A stretch of 63,227 nt of DNA, the filler included, from Chrysochromulina tobinii (taxonomy: Eukaryota), in NCBI GenBank assembly GCA_001275005.1. It is 5 parts of 5 records of this genome, joined end to end, with 100 filler letters (N's around TTAATTAATTAA, not from the genome) between each part and the next. Parts side by side here need not be neighbours in the genome. Positions count along the whole stretch, not along the records: positions 1 to 24,114 come from JWZX01001376.1; 4 more parts are not named here. The stretch is one strand, 5' to 3'. Below, in pieces: positions 10,150 to 22,235 of the stretch (within the stretch, counting starts at the first letter, position 1; every line of letters begins with the position of its first letter). Below the pieces are notes generated by a model. That model worked only from the letters and a program-made list of their open reading frames with translations, did not search any database and was not told the origin of the DNA. Both the position numbers and the translations under genes were made by a program.

Positions 10150-13100
10150 GTCTCCCAGCAGTCCGACCAGCCGACCGCGCGCAACGCACGTGTGACAGCG
10201 CACTTGGGAGGCTCCCACCCATTCTCGGAGCGCACGGCCGCAACACGCTCCCACGCCTCCGCCGTGTAGTCGTCCCGCGTGAGAGCGTTCAGGTCGCCCA
10301 GAAGCAGACTGCCCGCGAGGGGGCCGCCGCGGCGCTCCGCCGTGAGCGCGGTCGCGCCGCGAACGGCCTCGAGCTGCCCGAGACGGTGCTCCTCAGTGCG
10401 ATGGTCGAGATGGACGCACAGAAGCTCGAAGGCGTTGCTGTGGGCGCTGCCGTACATGGGCAACGCCACGTCCACGAGTAGCAGCCGCTTGTTCTGGCGG
10501 CCCAGCGGCATGCGGTCATTGAGCGGGAAACGGCTCAGCAGCACGACGTCGCCGGTCACGCGTACGTGGCCGAGACCGAGGCGCGCCGCCAGCTCGGGCC
10601 CGCCCGTCGGCTTCCGTGTGAAAGGGCCGGCCTCCTGCAGCACAACAATGTCGAGGCTTAGGGGCAGGAGCAGGGACGCGATCCGCTCGAAGTTGCCCGA
10701 GTTCCGCGCATCGGCCCAGCGGTGGACGTTGAGCGTGCCCACACGCAGCGCCATATGGTCCGTCGCGTCCACCGACGGGTCGTCAATATCGTTTGGAGAA
10801 GCTTCTAGGAAGGTTCCTAGGTCAGGCACGGGCGCGGCCTCACCATGCGTCTCTTGCCGACCCACTTGCCGCGTTCTCAGCAATGCGCGCGCAGCCGTCC
10901 CTGCCATCCCGCCAGTGCCTGCCATTGCGGCCGGCCTCATCTCAGCTGACCCTGCCATCGCAGCCCGACCGCTCGCCGCCTGCGCCTTAGGCGCTTTCGC
11001 AGTCTCAGTAGCACCCGGTGTCGTCGCAGGCCGCTTGCCCTTCCACGCCGCCCCAACCACGGACCCAACCACGGACTCCACCGCGCTGTGGAACGCACCC
11101 TGCCTCTTGAGCTCTGTTGCTGCCTTCTTTGCCTCCGCCTCCGCCTCCGCCTTTGCCTTTGCCTCCTCCCTCGCCTCCTCGTGCTTCTGCCTCTTGGGCT
11201 TCGCAGCCGCATTCTTACGGTCGGCTGCCGCGCGCTGCGATGCCGCAATGACCGCTTGAATCTTCACAGCCGCTTTCACAGCCGCTTCGCTCTCCTCTTC
11301 GATAATCTGCTCGGCCGCAGCTGGGGAGGGCCGATCCGGGTCAGGCGACGTGAGGGTGGACTTTCCCGCGCCAATCCGGCCGCGGAGCTCCGTCACGTCG
11401 ACTGCCACATGCGCGCCCGTGGACAGTGCGGGCCTCTGCACAGAGCAGCCGACGACGTCCCACCGCACGGAGAACTCTCGATCGCCCCACACGCATGCGG
11501 CGCGCTGGCAGACGCACTTGTCTTGCGCCAACATGTCGAGAGCTCCGCCGCACCGTGTCCACATGCTAAGCGCGCCGGCTGGCGTCTCACTACGTCCCAT
11601 GGAAGGCTGATGACTCCTGATGACCCCTGATGATCCCTGATGACGTCTCATCGGAGCGACCTCATGCCAACTTCCTGGCGCACTGAAGAGCAGCAAGCGC
11701 GGCACCGGCCGAGAGAGCATGGACGCCTCGTCAGAGGTGAGACCGCCGAGGTCATTCCGCGCCGTGTCGGGCACCCGTCCACCACTGAGCAGCGCTTTCG
11801 CCCACCGCCGCTTGGTGCCTTTGGTGGCCTCGCCAGCCTCGTCATCCCGGGCCAGCTTCCCTACCAGCGACACCGCCGTCCAGTCAGAGAGCATGGCCGC
11901 ACAGATCTCCGACATCTCCGAGATCCGGAGATCTCCGGAGATGCCCTCTGCAGATGTCGGAGATGCGGCCGCACAGATCTCCGACTCGGAGATCTTTGGA
12001 GATCTTTGGAGATCGGCGGCCGCACAGATCTCCGACTCCTGTTCGGTGGCCTGGCTCACACTCTCGACCGAGGCCTCGAGCTTCGCGACAAAGCCGTCCG
12101 GTGCAACGTTGGCTGCGCCCCTCACTCGAGCCACTGCGGGCGCCTGCTCGTCCTCCGCGATCGCCACAATCCCAAGGCCAAGCGACGCGCCATTGGGGAG
12201 GTTGATCTGTGCCAAAAGGGGTGCCGATGGTCCAGCAGTCTCCTTCGGGTCGTTGTCGTCCCCGCCGCCGCTGCCGCTGCTGCTTCCGCCGATATCGCCG
12301 TCGTCGTTGCAGTCTTCCTTCGCAGTCTCTTCTTTCATCTTAACGCCACGTGGCCGCGTCGATCCCAGGCGCTCAGGCTGCCGCGGCACACTCGCCAGCG
12401 GCTGCCGTGCACTTCCTCCCCATCGCGAGCCGCCAACAGGAACCGTTTGCGGCCTGAGCCTGCCGTGACGCGTCGCAGGTCGGCAAGTCGCTCCCGAGAA
12501 TTGCACTGCCGTCAATGGGTGATGGCTCAGCACGACCAGACCGCTCGCCGAGAGGACGTGCTCCATGCCAAGGCACAGCGCGAGCTCCGCTGCGCCGCTC
12601 AGCCCGCGCGCCAGCAGCTCTGTGTGGAGAAGCACGATCACGCCAGCGAGCAGAGGACGAAAGACCTCGAGCAGACCTCGAATGGGCGTCGGCCCTCCAA
12701 TGGCGCAGCCGAGACACGGGCAGTCGTCACTGCTCGTGCACGTCCACAAGTTGGTCTCCTCGCGAACGCGCCTCAGGTCGAGCATCGCGCAGCGCACGGA
12801 GCAGTCGTCGTCATCAACCTGGTTGGCGGGGCCCACGGCCGGTGGCACCGCACAGATCGAAGAAGATCCTACTGGTTCGGCTGCAAACAAAAAGGGCAGG
12901 TCTTGGAGTATGCTGGTCAGCGTCTCTTTTGCGGCCCCGGCCTCGGCTGCAGACACGAGGTAGCATGCCAGCAGCTGGCTCGAGCGGTCGAAGGTCATGT
13001 GATCTCTCAGGAGGTCTTTCGACTGTATCTCTGCGAGTGCCGCAGCGGTCTGCCGCGGCAGCGCTTTGTGTTGCAATCCATCGACGTCGAGGCCAAAGCA

Positions 13101-13508
13101 GAAGTTCATAGGTTGGCGCTCGTAGCCCGCAGGAAGAGCCAGGCACACGAGCACAGACGAGCAATCCTGGGCATAGCCGATGGCCGTCTCAAAGAACTTG
13201 GCAGCATAAATACGCCGCGTGCGATTGATGGTTGAGTGAGCCACGACTTGGCCGTCGGGAATCAGGAGACCGCGCTCACGAATGGATTCCAGGTTGCTCG
13301 CTTTGGTTCCATGGAAGACGATATCCACGTCGGCCATCGCTGCGCCTTTGCAATGCAGATCACGGCGCTCTGCGAGAAACCGCATGATGGCAGGCAGCGA
13401 GACCATCAACCGGAATTTTCTATTGCGTTCCACGAGCTGTGCAAATAGATTCGCAGCCGCGTGCTCGAGGCTCGGCGGCTCGGTGGACGGCCTATCAGCA
13501 TTCCGCAT
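8785..13508 (-). CDS. ART/PARP-like catalytic domain + endonuclease/exonuclease/phosphatase (EEP) domain + alpha/beta hydrolase (spliced; may be more than one gene)
   Basis: FHGT...SIRERGL...IYAA...YA at the N-terminus; TLNVH, LQE, HLDH, GDLN, RIDY, TDH EEP motifs; GASMGG nucleophile elbow. A GT-AG intron at 9503-9576 joins ORFs 9411-13514 and 8785-9438 in frame. Confidence 0.7.
9503..9576 (-). other. GT-AG intron (74 nt) carrying the shared acceptor cassette
   Basis: GTACGT...GCATGCAAGTGCTCACTACAACGCCCCTCTCCCCACAG; removal gives RSWYLLGLGE. Confidence 0.85.
10065..10146 (-). repeat. CAG microsatellite (polyQ) inside the EEP domain
   Basis: About 27 CAG/CAC codons between WSDCWET and GTCRFDTRIDY. 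Confidence 0.95.
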
Positions 13509-13825
13509 GCTCAAAACTGTTCACGGCCTGAAATGGGAAAATGAAACGGACATCAACAACGTTCGAATTGACACATATCACCAAGTGTGGGGTTCGCCCC
13601 CATGGACGCTACATGTATAGAGGCCGCGGGAGTACCGGTGGTTTCCCCCTTTTCGTTCACGCCGGTGGCAAGCATGCATTCGGAATCGGTAGATCGCTGA
13701 TTAGGTTGTGGAGAAAACAGTTGAGATTGGAACGGCCAAAAAAACGCATCTTGCGATCTGCAATTTTTGCACTCAGCGAAAGTACTACATTGGGTGTCGA
13801 GGGCCCATTGGGAGAGCGGCTCCCC

Positions 13826-16800
13826 ATGCGCCAGCGAAGCCAGCTGGTCTTAACGGAGCAGAACTCGGGTGGTACCTCCACCGCGTCGAGCACCCCGCTC
13901 GTCGCGTCGAGCGATGAAGCCTCCACGACGCCAAGGCACGACCCGTACCACGATCCAGACCCGCGGCCGGAGCTCGTGGAGCAGTGCATACAGCCCAGAC
14001 ACTGCAGCCTGGCCGAGGGCGACGCGCGCGAGTGGATGCACCGGCGGCTCTCGCACCTGGGCCACGTCTTCAACGAGCGCGGCGCGACCTACATGGCATG
14101 CGTTTGGTTCGAGCTCAGCTTCGCAGCCAGGCCAGACGCAGTCGCGGAGCTCATCAGCGCCATCAACATGCGCATGAAGCTCGGCCAGTGGGCGCTCGTG
14201 GAGGCGCTGTACCGGCGGATCGTGCGCATGGACCTGAGCAAGGAGGAGCGCGACGCCGCCTACCGCAAGCTCGGAGAGGCCACCTCCCTCAAGAGTGCTC
14301 GCGGAAGGCTTCGAGACAGCTCGAGCTCGACATCTCCCGCCAGCGACGGCACTGGCGCGAGCGCCTGTGCGGCTTCGCCTGGTCGGCTCGTGATGCAGCC
14401 GCAGACGCCGCTTTCGGCCAGCCACTCCAAGGCCGCGCCCAGCGCCTCGAGCGCCCTCGACGCTCGTTTCGAAGGGCTGAGCGCCGCAGAGGCCGAGCTC
14501 GGGCTGGTCCTCGAAGCGCCCGCGCTCGTCACCTCGGCGTCGTCGCTCACGCCGAAGCAGATCGAGCGGCTGCTGCCTCTGGTGCGCGGGTGCGCCTTCG
14601 CGGCCAACAAGGCGTGCGAGCTCGAGGCGGCGCAGCACTGGTTCGAGGCGAGCTATGCCCTCTCGTGCTCTGATTGCCTCTGATGACCTCCGATGACCTC
14701 TGATGACATCTGATGGTCTGCCTCATCAGGCGAGCTATGCCCTCTCGGCTGCCACGTGCGACCTCCTCTCAATCGCCGATGTGCGAGCGACGCGCGATCC
14801 CAATTGCGCCGTCGCCGCCGCCGTGCACGAACACCTGCGCCACGTCGCCGCCGCCAAGGAGAGGCGCATAGTCGAGCGCAAGGAGGGCGGCGACGGCGGC
14901 GTGCGGGGCACGGCAGTCAGGCCGAGCGGCGGTGCGAAGGGCTCCGCCGGCAGCAGCGCCGCCGGAACGGAGAGCGTCGTCTCGAATGTGCTCACGTTGC
15001 AGCGGCTTGAGGAACGTCTGGTAAGCACGTGGGGGTCGCTCTCGGCGCAGAACGAGGCGCTGCAGGCGACGCTCGAGGAGCACGCGCACGCCACGCACAG
15101 CCTTCGCGAGGAGGTAGCACGTCTACACGAGCTCCTCGCCACCAGGGATGGCCCCATCGAGCGGGGAGATCGGGGAGATGGCGGCGGCGGCGACCGCGAC
15201 CGCGACCGCGACCGCGACGGCGACGGCGAAGACGACGGCAAAGACGACGGCAAAGACGACGGCGACGGCGACGACGGCGGCGACGGCGACGGCGGCGGCA
15301 GCCCCATGCAATCGGAGAGCGTCCGCGTCCATTCGGTCAGCTCGTCCCAAGGCGGCCGCTGGACCACAGCCCCTCTGCTCATCGAGAGCGCGTCCACGGG
15401 TGCAGGGGCGGGCGTATGCGCGCACTCGCCCCAAGCGGCAGGGCCCATTAAACCCGTTGCAGTGAGGGCCGCCCCTCTCTCCAAGACCCAACCCCTCTCA
15501 AGGCACTCCCAAGACCCAAGTGAGGGCCGCCCCTCACTCAAGGCACTCCTCTCCAAGAGCCTCAAGGCACCCCTCTCCAACGGCTCGCACTCAAAGGGAG
15601 GCAGCGCGAGAGAGCGATCCAGCTGCTTCTCGCCCATCGCATCCGACGACGGCTCCAAAGATGGGCTTGCCTCCCCACTCCCCATCGCACGCGATAGCTC
15701 CGCCTATGAGCTTGATGGCAGCAGACGCAGCATGCGAGGCGACGACTCTCTTGCCACCGCTCGGGCCTCACCTGCGACTTCGAGCACTGGTACCGAGCAC
15801 GACTTGAGTCGAGGAAGGAATGCTGGTGCGCAGCTGAAGATGAAATGGGAGGAGGTCGAAGCCGATCGTAACATCGCGGTCATGCTCAAGGACGTCAGAG
15901 GGCGCATCGCCGAGTACGCGGAGAGGTCGGTACGCAAGCAGCCGACGATCGCGGACCTCGAGGCTGAGGGGACGCTGTACGTGCAGCTGCTCAAGGCGAC
16001 CAACCTGCTCGCGGCTGATGCTAACGGCCTCTCGGACCCGTACTGCAAGCTCATGCTCGGTGATCAGAAGCAGCGCTCGCGGAAGCTGTACAAGACCCTC
16101 GAACCCGTGTGGAATAACGAGGTGTTTGCCTTTGCGGGCTGCCTGGGCCAGCTCGTCGCCGAGCCTCTCCAGCTGACCATGTATGACTTCGACATTCTCT
16201 CGAGTGATGATAAGTTGGGAGAGGTGCAGATCGAGCTCGCCGACCACACGTACTGCAATGAGATCCGGCGGGATCTGACCGCTTGCCTGGACACACAGGG
16301 CGAGGTGTACATCCAGGTGTGGTGGGAGCCTGAGTCCACGGGAGACACTGATGGTGGCCGCCGGCCGAATCGGAAACGACGAGGGGCCGTTTCGAGTGAC
16401 GCGCCGAGCTATGCGTCGCGCCTCAAGGAGTTCATACTCGAACATGTGTGAAGACCCCCGCTGATGGTCACCTTGATTGCCCCCGATTGTGACGCGCGCC
16501 GTGCTCACGCGCCGTCGTCCGCTGCGCTGCCTAATTAGGTGATCCCTGAGAAGTTCCAGACGCTCAAGGGGTGCTGTGCCTCCATGTGCTTCCCAGTGAT
16601 CCGGCCCGAATCGCGCTTCCGCTCGGGATGGAACGTGGCCCTGGCCTTCTTCATCCTCTATTGCGGCATCGCGGTGCCTCTCGAGATTGCGTTTGAGCCA
16701 GATATGGTCCGTCCTCCTACCACTCGCCTTCCCAAACCTCGCCTCGCAGCTCAACCCTCGCCCCGCTCAACCCACACCCACCCCTGCCCATCCCTCAACC

Positions 16801-19800
16801 TCCGGCTGAACCCCCCGCTGCCGCTCCCTCCGCCCTCCCGCTACCCTCCCCCGCTCCCGCTCACCCATCCCCCTCCCGCTACTGCAGGTTAAGGCCTTTT
16901 GCACCGTGCCACACGATCCCTATGGTCCACTCACCCTTCGCCACGAGTGCCTGCCGTACTTGCTCTGGTTCTGGCTCAACTTCTTCGTCGACATCTTCTT
17001 CATCATCGACATTGTCATCAATTTCCGCACCGGCTACATGCACGAGGGCCACTTCGTCAACGACGACTGGATGGTCATGTCAGCGTACCTCAAGGAGTCC
17101 TTCATAATGGACGTGGCGAGCACAATCCCGCTCGGCATCATACAGATGCTCGCCAGCCCGGACAACCCGTACGGTGACGAGCAGATCACGCAGATGCAGA
17201 TCGCAGCGGAACAAGCGGCGGGTGGCAGCAGCGAAAATTCCGCGCAAACCGCGCGGATGCTGCGCCTCTTGCGCCTGGCGAAGCTGACGAAACTTGCGCG
17301 CATGCGAAAGCTCGCCAAGCTCGCCGAGTCTTTTGAGGAGTACATCAACCCGGGGGTCCTGGCCGTCTCAAAGCTCGTCTTCATCTCGCTCTTCTGCTGC
17401 CACCTCTTCGGCTGCCTCTGGTGGATGATCTCCGACCTCGAGATCGCGGAGGAGCTCGCGGGAACCATGTCCCCGGACTCGTGGTTCTCGACACCCTATA
17501 CGAGCGGCCCGAATGAATGGCATCCACCCCATTGGCTCAAGAACGAAGCGTCTCTCACCATGAAGTACATGCATGCCTTCTTTTGGGGCGCCGGGATGGT
17601 CACCTCGCTCGTGCCGCGCGAGGTCGACCCGACGACCGTGGTCGAGTACATCGTCACGTGTGCGGTCATGTTCTTCGGGCTCATGCTCAACGCGTACGTC
17701 ATCTCGTCGCTCTCCCAGGCCATGGCCGCGATGAACGCGAAGGCGGAGTTCACCGGAAAGCAAATGGAGTCGATCAAGTCGTATCTCACGATCAAGCAGG
17801 TGCCCAAGGCGCTCAAAGGGCGCATCATGGAGTACTACCATTATCTATTCGGCTCCAACATGGCGCTCGAGAACTTGGACTTGTTCCGCCAGCTGCCGCC
17901 CGCCCTCGTGATGCAGCTCAACCTGGCGACGAATCGGCGGCTGGCCATGAACTGTGCCTTCTTCCACAAGGTCTCGAATGAGTCTCTTGTGGAACTTTTG
18001 GGCCACTTCACGGCGGTCGTCTTCATCCCTTCACAGCAGATCGCCAGGCAGGGTACGCTGCTCCATGCCGCGTACTTCATCAGCCGAGGCATCGTTCAGG
18101 TGTCGACGCACGACAGCCCGACGCACTCGACCCTCACCAACACGGAGAGCTTCGGGCTCAATGATTATTGGGCGGGCTGCATCGCCAACGCCCCCCCCCA
18201 GTCATCACATTCGACGCATGCAATCACGTACTGTGATCTCATGTGCCTCGAGGTCGAGCATATCCATCGCACGCTCGCTACGGATAAGCCGTTCAAGCTG
18301 GCTCTGGCTGAGGCGCGCCGCACCGCCAAAGCCGCGGCGGCGGCCACTAGGCAGGCGATGCAACGGCGCAAGTTGCAGGGGAAAGTGCTCAACATGATGT
18401 TCGGCAAGAAGTCCAAGAAGCTAAAGGGCCCGTTCGCCAGGAACGGCCCCTCTCCGCCGGGCACCCCGCATTCGAGCCGCCAATCATGGGCGATTGCAAT
18501 GTGGCCCTCCATTCGGAAGCTGCTCTGGATGAAGAGATGGGAGGAGAACACAAGGGTTTCCCATGTCCCGCGCAGCGGGAGCCGCGACGAGATTGTGGCC
18601 GTTACCTCTCGGCTGGCCGAAAGGCTCCGCGTCGGCGTCCGTGTTGACACGCACGGAAGGGCCAGCCCCACATTTGGACGAATCGAGCTGAAGACTTCGC
18701 GCCTACGCGCAGTGCTTCTCCGGGCAGCGGCGAGGCACGAAGGGCGGAGTGGGGGGGGCGGGAGGTCAAGTGGGGGAGGCGGTGGGGGCTCGAGTGGGGG
18801 GAGCGGTGGCTCGCGTGGCGTCTCGCCGATTGTCGCCAGACGGACGGGCTCCTCGATGGTGACAGGCGCGGATGGCACAGGTGCAGATGGCACAACGCCG
18901 CCCCCTTCAACCCCGCCTCGAACCCCGATGATGGTACCAGCCTCCGCCGGCGCCGGCAGCATCAGAAGCAGTAGCAGCGATGGGAGCGATGCCCACAAGG
19001 TGGGTGCGGCGCTGCCCCCTCCTGCCCGTCTACCGCCACCGATTGTACCGATGGCCCCGTTGCCGATCGCATCGCCACTCCATCTTCCACGCCTCACAAT
19101 GCAATCGGCACCTGGCGCACGCACCTGCACCGGCTCTGCACCACCACTCGCAACGAGCCATGCGGCCATCGGCTCCACCACCTCCGCCACGCCTGCCTCG
19201 TGCTGCCAACCCGCGCACGGTTTCGTCAACCATGCTAATCGGGCAGCAGAGACGCCCTTCACCTCCTCCAGTTCCGCCCTCAAACCCTCCAGGGCCACTC
19301 TTTCGCGCAACTCGGACGGCCGTTTTGGCGTCTCCTTTCATTCTCCCGGCGACGGCACCATTCGGCTCGAACACATCTCGGACGCGCACGATGCGGACGA
19401 TGACCGTGTGCGTCTTGTCGCTGGCGACATTGTGCACTCGATCAACGGGATCCCGCTCGAGACACCTCGCGAGTCCAAGACAGATAGCGAGGAGGCGCTG
19501 CTCAGATTGATCGCCCACTCAGGCCAGCACGTGGTGCTACACGTGTGTCGCCCGTTTGCGACGGTCTCGGCCTCCACCGCCACCCCCCTCAAGCTTTGGC
19601 GTGGGGCGATGGATGGTACCGACGACGATTACATTGCCGAGGCCGCTGCGTCCGCTCGGGAATCGGCTCGGGAGCTTGGCCAGTGCTCCTCGGCGCGCTC
19701 GCGCCCAGGCAAGCTCTCCGCCAGGGGCTCCTCTACCCTCCTTCTCTCCTCGCGAAGCCCATCAGGCTCTGCTCGAAGTGGAGCACGGAGTGCGAGTTTC

Positions 19801-20976
19801 GAGCGCGGTGACGGCGGCCATGCAAGGGTTGTGGCGTCCGGCAACGTGCATGCGCTCGTGTGGCCGCGGGAGGAGAAGGCGCGGGAACTCGAGCAGATGT
19901 CGTCCGCACGAAGCCCCTCTGCCTTTGCGCGCTCCAATTCATCTCGCGGCAGCCCGCCAGTGTATCCCGCGACCGCCGCCACCACCGACACTTCCACCAC
20001 CGCCACTGCCGCCGCCACCACCCCCTCGTCGTCTTGGTGGCCATTCGGTGCCGCTGCTGACGCCGTTGCTCCGGCCGAGGCGCCCGCCGCCGCGGCTCCA
20101 GCGCTCATGACGCCACGCACCCATGCCCGCGCCATAACCGACGCGGAAGTCGAAGTCGAGAAGGCGAAGGCAAATGCGGCGGCGAAGGCTGCCGCGCTGG
20201 CGGCTGCTCGCGCGGCAGCCACCGCTGCCGCAACGCCTTCTGGCACCGTCGCGGACTCCCCGGCGGTCGACAATGGTGGCGAGCTGCACCGGGCAGCGGA
20301 AGAGCGATGGTCGCACAGCCAGCTGAACGCACCCCCGCTCGAGGAGGCGGAGCTGGAGATCGAGGCGGAGGCAGAGGCGGAGGCATTGGCGGAGGAAGGT
20401 CGAGCACCCCCAACCAAAATGCCCTTGGAGGGCGTGGTCGAGGGCCGGCTCTTTGGTGTGCGTGTGCTCGGCTCGTTGGGTGTGCCGCCCCCAGCCGCCG
20501 CGCCCCCCGCTGGCCTGCGGCCCCAAGCCGCCGCCATGACGACCCCTGCTTCACCCCCCAAGGGCCCCGCGCCGACTCCGCCGGCACGCCCTGCGGCCGC
20601 TTCACGGGCGTCAATGCCGGCGGGATGGGTGGAAGTCCCCTCTGGCACTGGCGACGTGTACTTTTGGAACCCGTCGACGGGCGAGAAGACATGGGAGCGC
20701 CCCCGCCTTATACCGGGCGAGAAGGTGTGGGAGCGCCCCCGCGCACCTCCTCTGCCTCCCGGCGAATTCCCCCCCGACCCGGCACCGCCGCCCGCTTCCA
20801 CAACCTCCCCTGCCCCTTATGGCACCCGCGCTGATGAATCTTCGGAGAGCCCTGCGACGTCTCCTCAACGGACGCGCTCCTCCGCCGTGCTTCAGCTGGC
20901 CCAGCAACGGAAGGCACGAGGGGAGCTTCTCATGTCCCAGAAGAAGGGGAGCCGAGGGGAGGCCGTCTCATGCTGA
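13826..20976 (+). CDS. C2 domain + CNBD-family voltage-gated-type channel + PDZ + WW protein (4 exons: 13826-14647, 14730-16445, 16539-16706, 16888-20976)
   Basis: Introns 14648-14729 (GC-AG), 16446-16538 and 16707-16887 join four ORFs in frame. C2 (NLLAADANGLSDPY), S1-S6 with S4 RMLRLLRLAKLTKLAR, C-linker/CNBD, PDZ (GRFGVSF...GDIVHSING), WW (GWVEV...YFWN...TWERP). Confidence 0.85.
14648..14729 (+). other. GC-AG intron whose first 18 nt duplicate the downstream exon
   Basis: gcgagctatgccctctcg at 14648 and 14730, with CTGATGACCT-type filler between. Confidence 0.85.
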
Positions 20977-22235
20977 GGGGGGGTAGCGGGGTACTTACAT
21001 GATCACGTAGAATGCCATCATCGTAGCGCCGACGTCATGCAATGCTCGTGCTGTCATGCAATGCTCGCGCACTTACGATGTCATGCAAGTAAGTCTTACG
21101 ATGTGCTCGTGCTGAGGCATGAAGGATGTCAAAGGTGAGTGTATACATGCCTAACCCTTGACTTGGACTCGAACTCCGCAAAAACCATCGCAAATAAACG
21201 AAATGAAAAATATAAATAACGCGTTCTTCTTCTTGTAGTACAACGGTAGTACTACACGCTCCAACCCTAAGCACACAGCGTGATGAACGCGAAGCGCGAC
21301 GCGCTCGCTCTGGTCAAGTCGTCCTTCGAGACGAATGTAGACATCCTCGCGATGATGCCCGAGGTGAAGAAAAAGGTGCAGAACAAGAAGGATGCCAAGG
21401 GACTCTCCCAAAAGGTGCGAGAAGAGCTCCAATGTGCAGATGCATCGCGTGCTCAATGACGAATACAGGCGCGCTCATCACCCTCTTCACCGGTATCTTA
21501 ACAAGGGCTTCGCGCAACGGCTGCTCGATCTGGGCATGGGTCGCTGCTCGATCTATCGGGCTTGGGTCGCTGCTCAATCTGGGCTGGGGGCGCTGGTTTA
21601 AGATGGCGATCCCCTGATGGCCCTTAACACTCCTTGCTTGTTTGTTGGTTCGATTCTAGTTTGCGCAGGTGCGTGGTGGGAAATCTGAGAATTGGGCTCC
21701 AATACTCCAACCCCACCACCGGCGCCGCTGTTGGGTATGGCTCTAAGAGAGCATACCCAACGGCGGCGCGGAGTGGAGTCCAGCTTCTCAACACAAGGAC
21801 AATCCATCACACAAGCCGTTGAGTGGCGCGTCGACCGTGCGGCCCTCGAGAGCGCCCTCGCGGCTGCGGTGGACGTGGGTGTCCCAATCGAAGCACCATA
21901 GCGCGCTTGCTCTCTCGCCGGGCGTTTACTCTCACCCCCCCCTCTCTCTATGCCACTCCCTTTCTGCAGAGCGGAATCATCGCGCGTAGCCTTCGATGGG
22001 CGCCCGTCGGGGGGCGTCGCGCATCAAGTGACGCATTTCCACGTGCGCAGCGCGAGGTTGCTCTCTTCTCTCACTCTTCCCCGGCCCGGCCCTCGCCTCG
22101 CCGTTGGATCCCAATCTCTCGCTCTCTCGCTCTCTCGCCACGCGCCTACTCCCCCTTTCTCTCTCAGGCCATGCTCTCGTGTCCCGCCCTTGTCTGCTGA
22201 CGTTGACCGGTAGGTGCTGTGTGATCATCTTCGTT

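Noticed and set aside
11640..13235. Long antisense and alternate-frame ORFs (also 37604-39013, 49358-50806, 62121-63134)
   Set aside because: Shadows of real genes in GC-rich, stop-poor DNA, with no motifs.
21283..21901. Short coding-like fragments (MNAKRDALALVK...)
   Set aside because: Broken across frames with no recognisable family; could be a decayed gene or transposon but cannot be supported.
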